Origin: the human T2T-CHM13v2.0 reference genome, Homo sapiens
Direction: 5' to 3' (one strand)
Length of the DNA stretch: 64,000 nucleotides
Assembly: GCF_009914755.1 (NCBI RefSeq)
Contig: NC_060933.1
A model generated the notes under the pieces. The model made no database searches, was not told where the DNA came from, and saw nothing but the letters and a program-made list of their open reading frames with translations. Within the stretch, counting starts at the first letter, position 1; each line of letters begins with the position of its first letter. This document shows positions 22,785-38,649 of the stretch, in pieces. The translations under genes and the position numbers were made by a program.

Positions 22785-23003
22785 CTGAAGACCTGTTTGC
22801 CCCAACCAGCAATGAAGGTGAAGATGCGGGGGGGGCAGGTCCCGGGATGGATTGATGGCATATCCTGTGTTCATGCCATGGGACACCCTGATGATGACCA
22901 CGAGGATGCCTATCACCAGCGCGTGTGTTCCTGGCAGTGCTGGGTTTTTCTCCCGGTCCGTGATGGCGAAGAGACACAGCTGGAGCATCCCGGTCAGCCA
23001 CTC
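22785..23003 (-). pseudogene. AQP7: AQP7 paralogue exon 7 (219 nt; NPS motif; +1 frameshift at C8 run)
   Basis: EWLTGMLQLCLFAITDREKNPALPGTHALVIGILVVIIRVSHGMNTGYAINPSRDLPP, then shifted; the AQP7 continuation RIFTFIAGWGKQVF is present in another frame. Confidence 0.95.
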
Positions 23004-23213
23004 CTGAGGAGCAGATGCTGTGGCAGCTCACCTGGGCCCCTCCCCAAGCCACAGGACCTCGGCAGTGCCCCAGACCCAAGCCCACCAGCAGAGACACATC
23101 TTGGTACAGTCTCCATCCAGAGTTCTTGTCCTGTCTATCCGGAGGGACTCCCTGCTGGCTCCGTCCTGAGGGGTGGAGGGCAGGGGGAGGGGTACTCATC
23201 CTGGACCACTGAC

Positions 23214-23332
23214 CTCATTCAGGAAGCCCCGCCACAATGTCATGTGATCAGGAAGGTAGGTGGCAAAAATGCCAGCTGTAGCAACGGGACCGGTCACCAT
23301 CAGCTCTCCACCCGAAAAGTGGAGAATGGCCA
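23214..23332 (-). pseudogene. AQP7: AQP7 paralogue exon 6 (119 nt)
   Basis: AILHFSGGELMVTGPVATAGIFATYLPDHMTLWRGFLNE; CAG/GTCAGT. Confidence 0.95.
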
Positions 23333-23540
23333 CTGTGGAGACACAGACTATCATGCGAACCTGCCCCCAACTAAGCCCCACCGGGGTCCCAGAAATGAGG
23401 TTATAGGTTAGAGGGTGGGAGACCTCCAAGCCTTTTTTCTCCCAGCTATTTTTTACAAATCAGGACACTGAGGTCCAATCTGCCCATATTTCATAACAGG
23501 CAGTTGAGGCCAGAGGCGGACACCCGGGCAGGACGCTCAC

Positions 23541-23678
23541 TGTAGAAGAGTCTGTAGATGGTGGCAGCCGCCAGGAAGGAGCCCAGGAACTGCCCCAGCA
23601 CATAGACTGGAAACTTCCTCCAGGGCACACGGCCCAGTGCACAGTTAGTGAAGCTCACAGCTGCGTTCATGTGGGCTC
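23541..23678 (-). pseudogene. AQP7: AQP7 paralogue exon 5 (138 nt, NAA motif)
   Basis: GAHMNAAVSFTNCALGRVPWRKFPVYVLGQFLGSFLAAATIYRLFY; CAG/GTGAGC. Confidence 0.95.
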
Positions 23679-24106
23679 CTGCGGGCAGCAGGCAAGTGTG
23701 TCAGGGAGTGAGAGCAGAACAAACAACAGTGACAAACAGTATGAGAACAACGATGGCTAGTGTGTATGACAGCATGCTCCGTGACAGAGTTCTCTCCTTG
23801 AGCCCTCACAACCACCCCGTGAGGCAGGGGCCACCATCTTCGTTTCACTCTTAAGGAAACTGAGGAACACAGAAGGCGATGGCTTGCCTAAGATCACCCA
23901 GCCAGTGAAAATGGTAGGTCGGGGGGGCCAGGAAGAATCTGGGGCAGACACGTCATAGGCACGGGCTTCAGAGGAGACTTCCTCCCGCCCGGTGGCCAGG
24001 CTGAGGCACTGGCTGTGCTGGCAAAGGAGCTGGCTGAGGCAGGCAGGAAAGAGCCTGTTGGGGACACCTGGTCTTGCCCGGTCCGGCAGGGCCTGGGCTC
24101 ACTCAC

Positions 24107-24230
24107 CAGAGATGCGGCCTGCCACGTGCACTCCCATGGTGACTCCGAAGCCAAAACCCAAGTTGACACCAAGGTAGCTCCCAAATGTTTTATTTAGAAG
24201 CATATGGGCCACGGAACCAAGGCCGAATAC
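24107..24230 (-). pseudogene. AQP7: AQP7 paralogue exon 4 (124 nt)
   Basis: VFGLGSVAHMLLNKTFGSYLGVNLGFGFGVTMGVHVAGRIS; TAG/GTGAGT. Confidence 0.95.
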
Positions 24231-25631
24231 CTACAAGGGAGGGCCTCTAAGGGGGCTGCCTGCCCAGAAGCCCCAACCTCAGAGGAGGGCTCAGAGCTCA
24301 GTTCTAGCTCCTCACCCCCATGCCCTGGGCCTCCCTGGCGTTGCCTCGAAGACCCTCTGCCATGCCCTCTTCCTCCAGAGCCTTCCCTCCTCACTGCCTC
24401 CTCTCCTTGCCCCTGCTGAGGCCTCTCAGACCTGAGCCACTGAGAGCCGGGTGGAGCGGCAGAGTTAGAAGCTCTTACTACAAACATCCAAGCACCTCAG
24501 CCCCAGGCCCACCTGAAGTTTTGGGGTAAGGCAGGGCTGCAAGGAGGGGATGGCTGGCATGCATTGCACCCCCTCAGAGTCCCTCACACTTCAGGCTGAC
24601 CTGAAGGAAGTTTCTTCAAGGGACCCCCAAATCCATCCATGCCTGACTCTGCCAGGAACCCCTCCCTACACATGCACACACTCCACCGCAATTCCCACAA
24701 TGCTGGAACAGTGGGGCCCTAACTGTCTTGCCCTCAGCTTCATTTCCACTGACCTCAGGCGGCATTCCCAAGCTGCTGCTTCTTGCCCATCCCTCACGGC
24801 TCCTCAGATAATGCTGCCTTCACAGGGGAAGGGGCCTACCTTCAGGCCCATTACCCTCAGTCTAGAGCCACTGTTCCCTTCAGCCCTGGCTCCTGTGCTA
24901 TCCTCTCCCTCTGCAGAGGCCTCCGTCTCCCCCATACCTTCCATCCTCCCATTGATCGGTTCCCACACACTGGAGTCTCATCCTTCCCAGCAAACTGTCC
25001 CACCCCTGCCCAGTGTCCTTCTCCAGCTGTGGGTTCCTGGTTGCCCCCTCCCTGTTTCAGTCAGGCTGCAGGAGAGAACACACTGGCCAGCTGCTTCACC
25101 CCTTCCCTCGCACCCCCTCCTCAATCTGGCTTCCACTTCCACATGTCACAGACACCAAAGCTCTCTCCAAGGGCTCCAGCAGCCTCCTGATTTTCCAAAG
25201 GTCTTTTCAGGCATGGTTTTACCACGTAGACAGTCTCATCTATGCCTGATGCACTGAAATTCCCATCATCTCCGTGGGGGAGCCAGATGCCTATTTGCAA
25301 ATCCCCACTGCAACTCTCCTGGTGTTCCGCGGGCGTCTCAGGCTCTGATGAAGGTTCGCCATCTCACAGCACACCTGCTCCTCACTCTATGTTCCCCATC
25401 CCCGTTGGCCAAGCCAGAAACTCAGATGTTGCAAATGATAGTTAAGCACTATTATTCTCCCCCACTTGACAGATGGGTAATCTGAAGCTTAGAGAACTTG
25501 AATGGCTTGTCCAAGGTCACACAGCCTGTACATGGTGAGCCAGGATTAAATCCAGGCAGTTACCTGTGACAGATGGCCTCAAACCAAACAACTGCGCTGC
25601 TCCATGCATGCCTTGCTTTCTTGTGCCTCTG

Positions 25632-26253
<622 letters not shown>

Positions 26254-26254
26254 A

Positions 26255-26423
26255 GAATATCCTAATAATTTTACATTGATTGCATCTTGAAATAGGATTT
26301 TTGCTATGTAGGTTAATTATTAAAATTAATTTCACCTGTTGCTTTTTACCTTTTTAATGTGGATACTAGAAAAATTTAAATTATACAGATGGCTTGTATT
26401 GTATTTCCCCTGGAGAACTCTGT
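26255..26423 (+). mobile_element. MER3/MER33-like hAT fragment
   Basis: ATTAAAATTAATTTCACCTG...TTTAATGTGGATACTAGAAAAATTTAAATTA. Confidence 0.6.
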
Positions 26424-26533
26424 TCTAGAGTTGATAAAGGAGAAAACCTGAAGAATTGTAGACATAAGGGCCGAAGTCAAAGCCGACAGAGGAGAAGGCC
26501 CCAGGAGAGGGTACAGGGTAAGAAGGCAGACCA

Positions 26534-26941
<408 letters not shown>

Positions 26942-27604
26942 TCATTTTGTGTTGTTTTCAGTGGAGAAACTTCAGTATGTTTATAGGCTGAGAGAGGGAT
27001 GGGCTGAAGATAAAGGACAGAGAAAAAGGACAGAGTAAAGTACCTGAATAGGCTGGACAGCTGGATTGGTGCAGAAGTGGAGGTGTCCTCCAGGAAGGAG
27101 AGGACCCCGCCCCAGCCAAGGGGTGATATGTGGATACACGGGTGGTTAATGGGTCTGGTGGTAAGAGGGACAAGAGGGTGAGCTGAACATAGGAAGTGTT
27201 GATTATTTTACCTATCAAGCAGCAGATCAAGCCATTTGCTGATTTAAAAAAAAAAAAAAAAGTCAGAGTACAGAGCAGCTTTGGGGAAGTCTGAGAAAAT
27301 GTGAAATAGCCCAGATATGGTGGGGGAGAGGCAGCTGAGCAGAGCCCACTGGGTCCCTCAGAAGCCCCAGGACAGAAGCAGGGGAGCCCAGAGCTGGGCT
27401 GGCTTCAGATCCAGGATAAGATACAGCAGGAGAGGACAGGAACAGATGGGGGTGCAGGGGGGAGTGAGGTCAGGACAGGTTGACAGGCTGGCAGGGTCAA
27501 GAGGTAGAGGGACTGGAGGAGGCATGGAGGGTCTGAAAACAGAGGGGCCCCCATGGCCTTTCCTGCATTCCAATACCATGTGCTAAAAATACTGGATGAG
27601 CATA

Positions 27605-27905
27605 GGCCGGGCATGGTGGCTCACGCCTGTAATCCCAGCACTTTGGGAGACTGAGGCAGGCCGATCATGAGGTCAGGAGTTCGAGACCTGCTTAGCCAAC
27701 ATGGTGAAACCCCGTCTCTACTAAAGATACAAAAAATTAGCCAGGTGTGGTGGCACATGCCTGTAATCCCAGCTACTCGGGAGGCTGAGGCAGGAGAATC
27801 ACTTGAACCCGGGAGGCAGAGCAGTGAGCTGAGATCACACCACTGCACTCCAGCCTGGGCAACAGGGTGAGACTCTCTCAAAAAAATAAAATAAATAAAA
27901 TAAAA
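27605..27905 (+). mobile_element. AluS (Sg-like)
   Basis: Dimer; degenerate TSD AAAATACTGG(A/G)TGAG. Confidence 0.9.
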
Positions 27906-28812
27906 TACTGGGTGAGTGAATGAACCCCACATGATTCCTTGTGTCAGGGTTGCCAACTGGCAACTCATGCACCTAATTCATCCAGCGCACAGATTCTGTT
28001 TAGATAACTTGGTTTTGAAGAACAGAAGTTTCCATCTCTCTTGAAAAATGAGCAGCTCAGGCAACACTGGCCTGCATTCCACCCTCCATGGCAACAGTCA
28101 GCTGGAGTGGCAGCAGCTATACAGCCTTGCACAGATTGGCACTCTGCAGCCAGCCAAAGTCCCCACCGCCCTGAGTGGCCGCTCTCTTGGCCCCCGTAGT
28201 ATGTGATCTACAACCCTTGCCCCGTGTCTCACGTGTATGGCTGGTTTTCCAGGGCCCGGATGGCTCCAGCCCCTCCTCTCCCTGATCAGTGAATGTGGCC
28301 TAGCCCATCCAACTCTCCCCCACAGCCAGGAGGCCAGCTCCAAGGGCAACACACCTGGAAGCTGCAACACAGATCAGTCCACTTCCCTTGTCCTGGCTGC
28401 AATAAATGGGGCCAAGGTCACACTAGCTTTTTTGGCAAAACATTCACCCTGGTGACTCACTGAGATTCCTATATATATATTTACAAAAAAAAAAAGAAAA
28501 AAAAAGCCCTCACTTCTTGGCACAGCCTGGCAACTAAAAATAACAACACCACAATATCCGATATAGGCTTACGCCTCACAAAGTTCTTTTACAAGTGCTA
28601 CTGTCTTCAATCCTCACAACAAATCTGCACAGCAAGAATTTTTCTCCCACTCTATAAGTGGGGAAACTGAGGCCGAGAGAGGCATCTTGAACTACCTGAA
28701 AGTGAGGACCTTACCCTGGCTGGGGGAGCATTAACAAGCCAGTCTTTAAAAGCTGGCAATATTTAAGCTAAGGTACAGAGCATAGAGGTTAAGGGTCAAG
28801 ACTGTGATATTG

Positions 28813-29099
28813 GGCTGGGCACGGTGACTCATGCCTGTAATCCCAGCACTTTGGGAGGCCGAGGTGGGAGGATCACTTGAAGTCAGGAGTTCAAGACCAG
28901 CCTTGACAACATGGTGAAACCTTGTCTTTCCTAAAAATACAAAAATTGGCTGGGCATGGTGGCATGCACCTGTAATTCCAGCTACTCCAGAGGCTGAGAC
29001 GCAAGAATCGCTTGAACCCGGGAGGTAGAGGTTGCAGTGAGCCGAGATTGCACCACTGCGACAAAGCAGGACTGTATCTGAAAAAAAAAAAACAAAAAA
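28813..29099 (+). mobile_element. AluS
   Basis: Dimer; TSD AAGACTGTGATATT; inserted in a MIR. Confidence 0.9.
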
Positions 29100-29705
29100 G
29101 ACTGTGATATTAGACTGCACTGGATTTAATCTTGACTTAAAGTGTGACCTTGGGCAAAAGGCTTAGTCTCAAGGAGCCTCAGTTTTCCCATCTGTGAAAC
29201 TGGGATAATAATAGTACCTGCTTCACAGGGCTATTGTGAGGATTTGGGAAGATGCTGCACGTAAGGGGCTTAGCATCACAGAGCCCGGGATGCATTAGGT
29301 GATCAATGAAAATCTCAACAAAAGGAGGAGGAACACAGATGTGGGCAGGTATCAAGCATGTGGGCGGTGCCTATTTCCCTAACAGCTCTCAGAGGATGCA
29401 CCCTCCTGCCTCCGAGGTTCCAAGGGTTAACAGCCCTCATGGGGCTGGAATGTCTTGTGGTAAGTGAATTACTTTGCCCTGGATTAAGGAGGGACAGGAT
29501 CCAACTGCTGTCCTCACAGCTCAGGAGCCAAAGCAGGTGGGGAGGTAAGAGAGGAGTAGGGGAGGGCCAGAGACAGAGAGGAGACAGCAGCTAGAGCACC
29601 CGTCGTAATAACAAGGGACCAATACATGGGTACCACACTGGGTGCTGAGACTTGGCCTTCTTCACACAAGTCCTCCTGTTAACAAATAAGGAAGCTAAAG
29701 TTGTG

Positions 29706-29999
29706 GGCCGGGCGAGGTGACTCACGCCAGCAATCCCAGCACTTTGGGAGGCCGAGGCAGGAAGGTCACCTGAATTCGGGAGTTTGAGACCAGTCTGGCC
29801 AACATGGTGAAACCCCATCTCTACTAAAAATAGAAAAATTAGCTGAGCACAGTGGCACGTGCCTGTAGTCCCAGCTACTCAAGAGGCTGAGGCAAGAGAG
29901 TCACTTGAGTATGGGAGGTGGGGGCTACAGTGAGCTGAGATCGTACCACTGCACTCCATCCTAGGAGACAGAGTGAGACCCTGTCTCAAAAACAAGAAA
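29706..29999 (+). mobile_element. Alu (J/S)
   Basis: Dimer; TSD AAGCTAAA(G/T)TTGTG. Confidence 0.9.
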
Positions 30000-31240
30000 G
30001 CTAAATTTGTGAACAGTTAAGATACTTGTGGATAGTCGCACAGCTAGAAGATAACAGAGCTAGGATTCAAACACAGCTCCAAAGCCCACGAAGGCCTAAT
30101 TCTACACGATATAAGTGAGAAGTCAGGCTTTAAGCCAGGGAGAGACCTGCCCAAGGCAACTGGTCACTCAGTGGCAGGGTCAGGCTAAGAACCCTGGTGT
30201 TCCAATTTCCTCTCTCCCTTGAGCTCCATGGGCCCCACCACACACACAAACAGCCTCTCTCACCCCACCTTCCTCTAGCATGCACCTGGCTGCCTTTGCC
30301 TCCCTTCCCAGAGGCTGCCCCTTCTTTTTCTAGACCCTGGACCCTGCATAAGATGCAATAAACATGGCTACAGTCATGTTAAGGGCAGAGGCTCACTGGG
30401 GTAAGTGGCAGGGCTGAAGCAGGTGGAGAGGGAGCAACCTCACATCCTGCCTGCAGTCTGGATTCTGTCCCAATCACACACTAAAGAAGAGCCCTTGTCA
30501 AGGTTACCAGCAACCTCCACGTTGGCAAACCCTAAGGCCCCTTGCCAGTGCTCACCTCGTGTGGCCCATCTGCCGCTGCCCATGCCGCTGACGGCTTCTT
30601 CCTGGTGGAACCACTGCCCCCTCTGTCACGCAGTCGGCTCTGGTTCTCCTCCCACCTCTCTGACCATTCCTTCTCAGGCTCCTTTGTGTGCCCCTCTTCA
30701 TTCCTCAGGGCTCTGTCCTCAAACCATCCTTTTCTCTTTCTGTACACTCCTTCTAGACAGTGTTGACAACCACCACCTGTGTTGTGATGAACTTCAACTT
30801 TTTCCTTCCAGACCAAGCCTCTCCTGAGCTCCAGCCCCTTGCCTGTGTTTAACTATCTCCTGGATTTCCCCACAGGCATCTTGCCTCTCACCCTGTGCTG
30901 GGTCCCGTGCTCCAGAACAGCTCATCGGCGCTTTGCCCACATGTTCTGTTGGCAGAGTCTCCCCGATTCTGTCTTCCACAGCCCTCTCAAACATGTGCTT
31001 TCTTCTCCAACCCCAGATCAGTCATCACCCTCTCTGTCCCAGATCAAAAACAGCCTCTTAACTGGTTCCTTCTTGCCAGCCTTGCCTGTCCTGCTTATGC
31101 TCCACACTGCACCCAAAATTACCTTTAAAATCCAAATCTGATCATGTCACTCCCCTGCTTGCCAGCCTTCAACATCGCCCATTGCCCTCTGGATTCATTA
31201 TCAGAGCCTGATCTTCAAGTTTCTCTTCAATCTCTCTCTC

Positions 31241-31553
<313 letters not shown>

Positions 31554-31831
31554 TCTTTAATCTCTTTACTCTGGGTTTCCCTTCTCCCCATTTCCAGCCT
31601 TGCCCCGGATACCCCAGTGCATGATTTCATTTGACCCCCACATATTATGAGCCCTTTCTGTCCAAAAAGACTTGATGAGAAAGCCCCCCCTCCTTACTTT
31701 CCTCGCTGCTTCCCCAGGCTCCCAGCTCAGAGGCAAGGAATGGACAATGTGACCCATGGGGTCAGAATGGGGAGGGGGTCATGGAAGGCCATGGCAGAGC
31801 CCCACTCACTTCGTGCTGCCCACCCACTCAC

Positions 31832-31961
31832 CATCATGACATATGTGCTCATGAACTCAGCCAGGAACTCTCGCTCCATCTTCCTCTCATCTTCCTCGCA
31901 CCATATTTCCTGGATCTTTGCTATCACGGACCAGGAGACCATTTTGGAGCCACGGGTGGAC
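31832..31961 (-). pseudogene. AQP7: AQP7 paralogue exon 3 (130 nt, net +12 nt in-frame insertion)
   Basis: STRGSKMVSWSVIAKIQEIWCEEDERKMEREFLAEFMSTYVMM; CAG/GTGAGT. Confidence 0.95.
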
Positions 31962-32799
31962 CTGATACAGTGGCCCGAGCCCATGGACAGTAAGGAGACT
32001 CAAGTCTGCCTGCTGCCCATCGGCTCTTCAACTCACAGCTGAGTTAATAGGTAACCCAGCAGACTTGCCACACACACCTCCTCTTGCCTGGAGCAGCTGG
32101 GACAGCTGGAATTGGAGACACTTGAGAGCCATGGGGACATGGAGAGGAACTGGGGTAGATGGCCAAGCCATGCCCCTTGTAGTTGGGACTGGACCAGTAA
32201 AAATGGCACACCAATGAGGCCACTTTGCAGACGGGCAGGTGGGGAGCTGAAAGTGCAATCCACGGTGCCAACAAGCCTCTGGGAAAAAGCAGGGTGGGAG
32301 AGAGCAGGCTGGAAAGTAGAGCTCAGTAGTCTATGTCTGTCCATCTGTCTGTCCGCCTATCTGCTAGAGCCAGAACTTTGGGGTCACAGGCCAGGGCCTG
32401 GCAACAGTGAGGCACTCTACAAACAGCATGAGGTGTGACAAAGTCTGCTGCTTAGCTCTGTAAACAGCACTGAGTGCTGAAACATGCGCCAGGTTCTGTC
32501 AAAAATGAAGGGGTCAGCAAAATGCACCAGGCTGTGCAACCAGGTCAGTGCAAACAGAGGTTTGTGAGAGAGTGAGTGAATGAATGAATGACCAAGAGAG
32601 AGGGAGGGAGAAAAGGAAGGACTGGATCTACTTCCTGGTGTATCTTCAGTGCCCAGCACCATGCCAGGCACATAGTAGATGTGCAATAAGTATTTGTTGA
32701 ATGAGTGAAAACTGGGGAATCTGTCTTACTCCCAACTAGATCCTCAGAGCTTCCCAAAGGGCCTGGCACTTGATTTATATTTAGTTAAGTGCACGGTTA

Positions 32800-33223
<424 letters not shown>

Positions 33224-33312
33224 GAGGAAGAAGAGGGATACAGATACCTCTAAGTATGGCCTTAGTCACTCTGCTATCTCACTGTCTGCATGCCCGGAAG
33301 CTGACACCAACC

Positions 33313-35031
<1,719 letters not shown>

Positions 35032-35713
35032 TGGCATGAGATGGGCAGAGAGGGGCCAGGGCCAGGTGGCAGAAGGCCTCATGGCCCACATTAGGGAGTC
35101 TGAACTCTACCAGAGGGCCATGGGCCAAGTGGAGGATTTCAGCAGGAGAGCTGCCTCCCCTGTGGAGGCCAGGATGGAGGAAGTGGAGTGGAGGCAGGGT
35201 GAGCATCAGCTTCTCCACAGATGGGTGGAGAAGTGGTGGCAGCCTGAGCCACAGAGATGGCAGTGCCAATGGCCACAAGAGCACAGTCAAGCTGACAGGC
35301 TTGGTGTTTGGTTAGAGAGGGAAGGGAGCGGGGCAGCTCAGCGATGCCCTCAGGTCCTGGCTAGGGCAGCGGAATGACTAGCGTGGGGCACAGCAGAGAA
35401 GCTGTGGAAGAATGGACAAGGAGGCCCTTTCTGGACATGTTGAGTGTGAGGAGCCCGCTAGACACTTGGGTGGGATGGCCAGTGAGGAGGCAGCTGGTCA
35501 TGTGGTCTCACTTACAGACACATTTGGAGGACAGCAAATCACAGATGGTCATCTGAGCCATGGGCATAGATGAGAGAGCTCAAGGAGAGGGTACAGACTA
35601 AGAAGAGGGGCCCAAGAAAGCCAGCCTACAAAGCAAGAAACTGACAGCCAACCAGATCCCCTAAGTTATCTGTTAACCAAGGAACTAAATAGCTAACAAC
35701 TCACTAATGCCTG

Positions 35714-36042
35714 TTTCTTTTCTTTTTCTTTTCTTTTTTTTTTTTTTTTTTTTTTTGAGACAGGGTCTCACTCTGTCACCCAGGCTGAAGTGCAGTGGCA
35801 CAGTCACAGCTCACTGAAGCCTAGACTTCCCAGGGTTCAAGTGATCCTCCCACCTCAGCCTCCCAAGTAGTTGGGACTACAGGAGCATGCCACCTTGACC
35901 GGCTATTTTTTCCTATTTTTTGTAGAGATGGGGTTTTGCCATGTTACCCAAGCTGGTCCCAAACTCCTGGACTCAAGCAATCCTCCAGCCTCAGCCTCCC
36001 AAGGTGCAGGGATTTCAGGCATGAGCCACTATGCCCGGTGGC
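35714..36042 (-). mobile_element. AluJ
   Basis: Antisense dimer with J-type features. Confidence 0.85.
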
Positions 36043-36213
36043 TTACTAACCCTTTGACTAACCTATCAAAAACCAACTAACTGATTCTCCTGTTAACCAG
36101 CTATTAACTCATTGAATTATCTAATCAACCAGTCAACCATAAACTATCCAACTAACCACGAGCCAACAATTCAACCTGCTAACCAACATTTCTTCATTCA
36201 ACAAACATTTGTT

Positions 36214-36538
<325 letters not shown>

Positions 36539-37394
36539 TCAAGCACCAGGGATACAAAGTCAAAACCCACTCTCCACTCTTGGGTCATTCTGTTTAATAG
36601 AAGAGATGGGTAATGGCAACACCACCAGAGAGAAGCAGCCTGGGACTGGGGGAACTCAGGGGAGGCATGGGAGGTGAGGCCTGAAGGGAGTTTTGAAGAA
36701 TGGGCGGGTGGTGGCCTGACATGGCCATGGAGGAGTAGGGTGGTGGTAGAAAGAATGGTGGAAGCTGTGCACATTCTAGATATTTTAGGAGATTGGTGAC
36801 TGGATGTGAGGCATGGGGGAGAGGGAAGTATCAAGGACATGACCTTGACTTCTGGCTTGAGCAACTGAAGATAAGGGGACCCCTGACTGAGCCAAGAGCA
36901 CAGGAGGAGTGGACTTGTGGGGGGCGGAGGAAGCTGTTTCCATCTAGGAGCTGAGTTGCCTGTGAGACACAAGTGGGTCTCTAGAAACAGGATCTAAAGC
37001 CCTGGAAAGAGATGTAGGCTAGAGGCAATGATGTCAACAGAGGGGCACTATTCATTCTCTCCGTCCAAGTGTACAACAGGCAAATATCCCTGCTTGTGTG
37101 GAGCTGACAGCAATGAAATGTAATAAGTAAGTACCTTTGTATAAGCGAAGGTACCAGCTCCTATGGAAAAAAACAGAGCAAGGGGAGGGGAATTGGGAGT
37201 GCAGGGGCTGGAGATGGGGTGTGATTTCAAATAGGGCAGTCAGAGTAATCCTTGTTGAGAAGGTGGCCTTGGAGCAAAGCCATGAAGGAGATGAGAGTGG
37301 GCTGTATGTTAACTGCAGAAAGCCTCTCAGATGGAGGGAATAGTCACCAGAGGACTCTCAGCATGTTTGAAGAAAGCAAAGAAAGTCAGTGTGA

Positions 37395-37793
<399 letters not shown>

Positions 37794-38154
37794 CTAACAA
37801 GGACTACATAGGCAGGGCCTTGGCCATTGCAAGGACTGGCTCTTTTTCACCCCAAAGACAGCTGAGCCTGAGAGGGTGAGAGGTGCTGAGTGCAGTTGAG
37901 TTGAAGGCCACCTGCATGCCTTGACCCTCATCCAAGTATTTCTGAGCCTCCCCTCACCCCAGGACCCAGCCCAGGCAACAGGTGGAAGATGCTTTTCTTC
38001 TGGGACCTCAGAGACGAGTGGGTGGGTGGGGAGGAGGAGGTCGAGGGGGGACAGCTGCCCCAAGGGAGAGGCTGAGGATGGAGCAGGGAGGGCACTGAAG
38101 TGGGCTGGGTGGAGGACAGGGGGCTGGAGGGTGAGAAGAGGGTGGGGTACTTAC

Positions 38155-38205
38155 CGCCTGTGCCCAGATGCTTGAACCATGTTTTGTCCTTCAGATTTGT
38201 AGATG
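38155..38205 (-). pseudogene. AQP7: AQP7 paralogue exon 2 (ATG at 38180-38178; MVQASGHR)
   Basis: CAG acceptor, GTAAGT donor, 26 coding nt. Confidence 0.92.
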
Positions 38206-38593
38206 CTGAGGAGCCAAAGAGAGGTCACTAGGGCTGGAGGACACAGAACTTGGCCCCACACTTCCATCAGACCTTGGTCCCCAGGGGAGAAGCCCTGGGG
38301 CAGCTCCTGCTAGTGCCACTCCCTTAACCCAGCCAAGCAACAGGGAGGGAGGAGCGGTGCTCAGCCAATGAGGCGACACCCTGGAGCCCCACCCCACCCA
38401 TGCTGGCCCCAGGACCCCAGCCCCAGGCCAGACCCTCCAGTGCTCCTGCTGACCTTCCCTGTCTGCAGCCCAGCTTTGGACTGTGGAGATGCCCTCAGCC
38501 TCTACTCAGTGGCTCCAGCCTCATATTTGCGTGCTATACCTTTAACCTCAAGCCCTCTTGCTGCTAACTTAAGCTGTGACTGTCCAGGACCTG

Positions 38594-38616
38594 CACACAC
38601 ACACACATGCACGCAT

Positions 38617-38648
<32 letters not shown>
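38594..38648. repeat. Interrupted (CA)n microsatellite in AQP7-paralogue intron 1
   Basis: Directly visible. Confidence 0.9.

Positions 38649-38649
<1 letters not shown>

Noticed and set aside
22602-23411. 269-aa plus-strand ORF, and the 235-aa ORF at 24550..25257
   Set aside because: These are antisense shadows of GC-rich AQP7 exons/introns and L2 remnants, with non-ATG or weak starts and no recognisable domain
35640-36210. Cluster of ACTAAC/ACCAAC motifs (QKI or branch-point-like)
   Set aside because: They are on the strand opposite the AQP7 transcript and fit a decayed simple repeat at an L2 end
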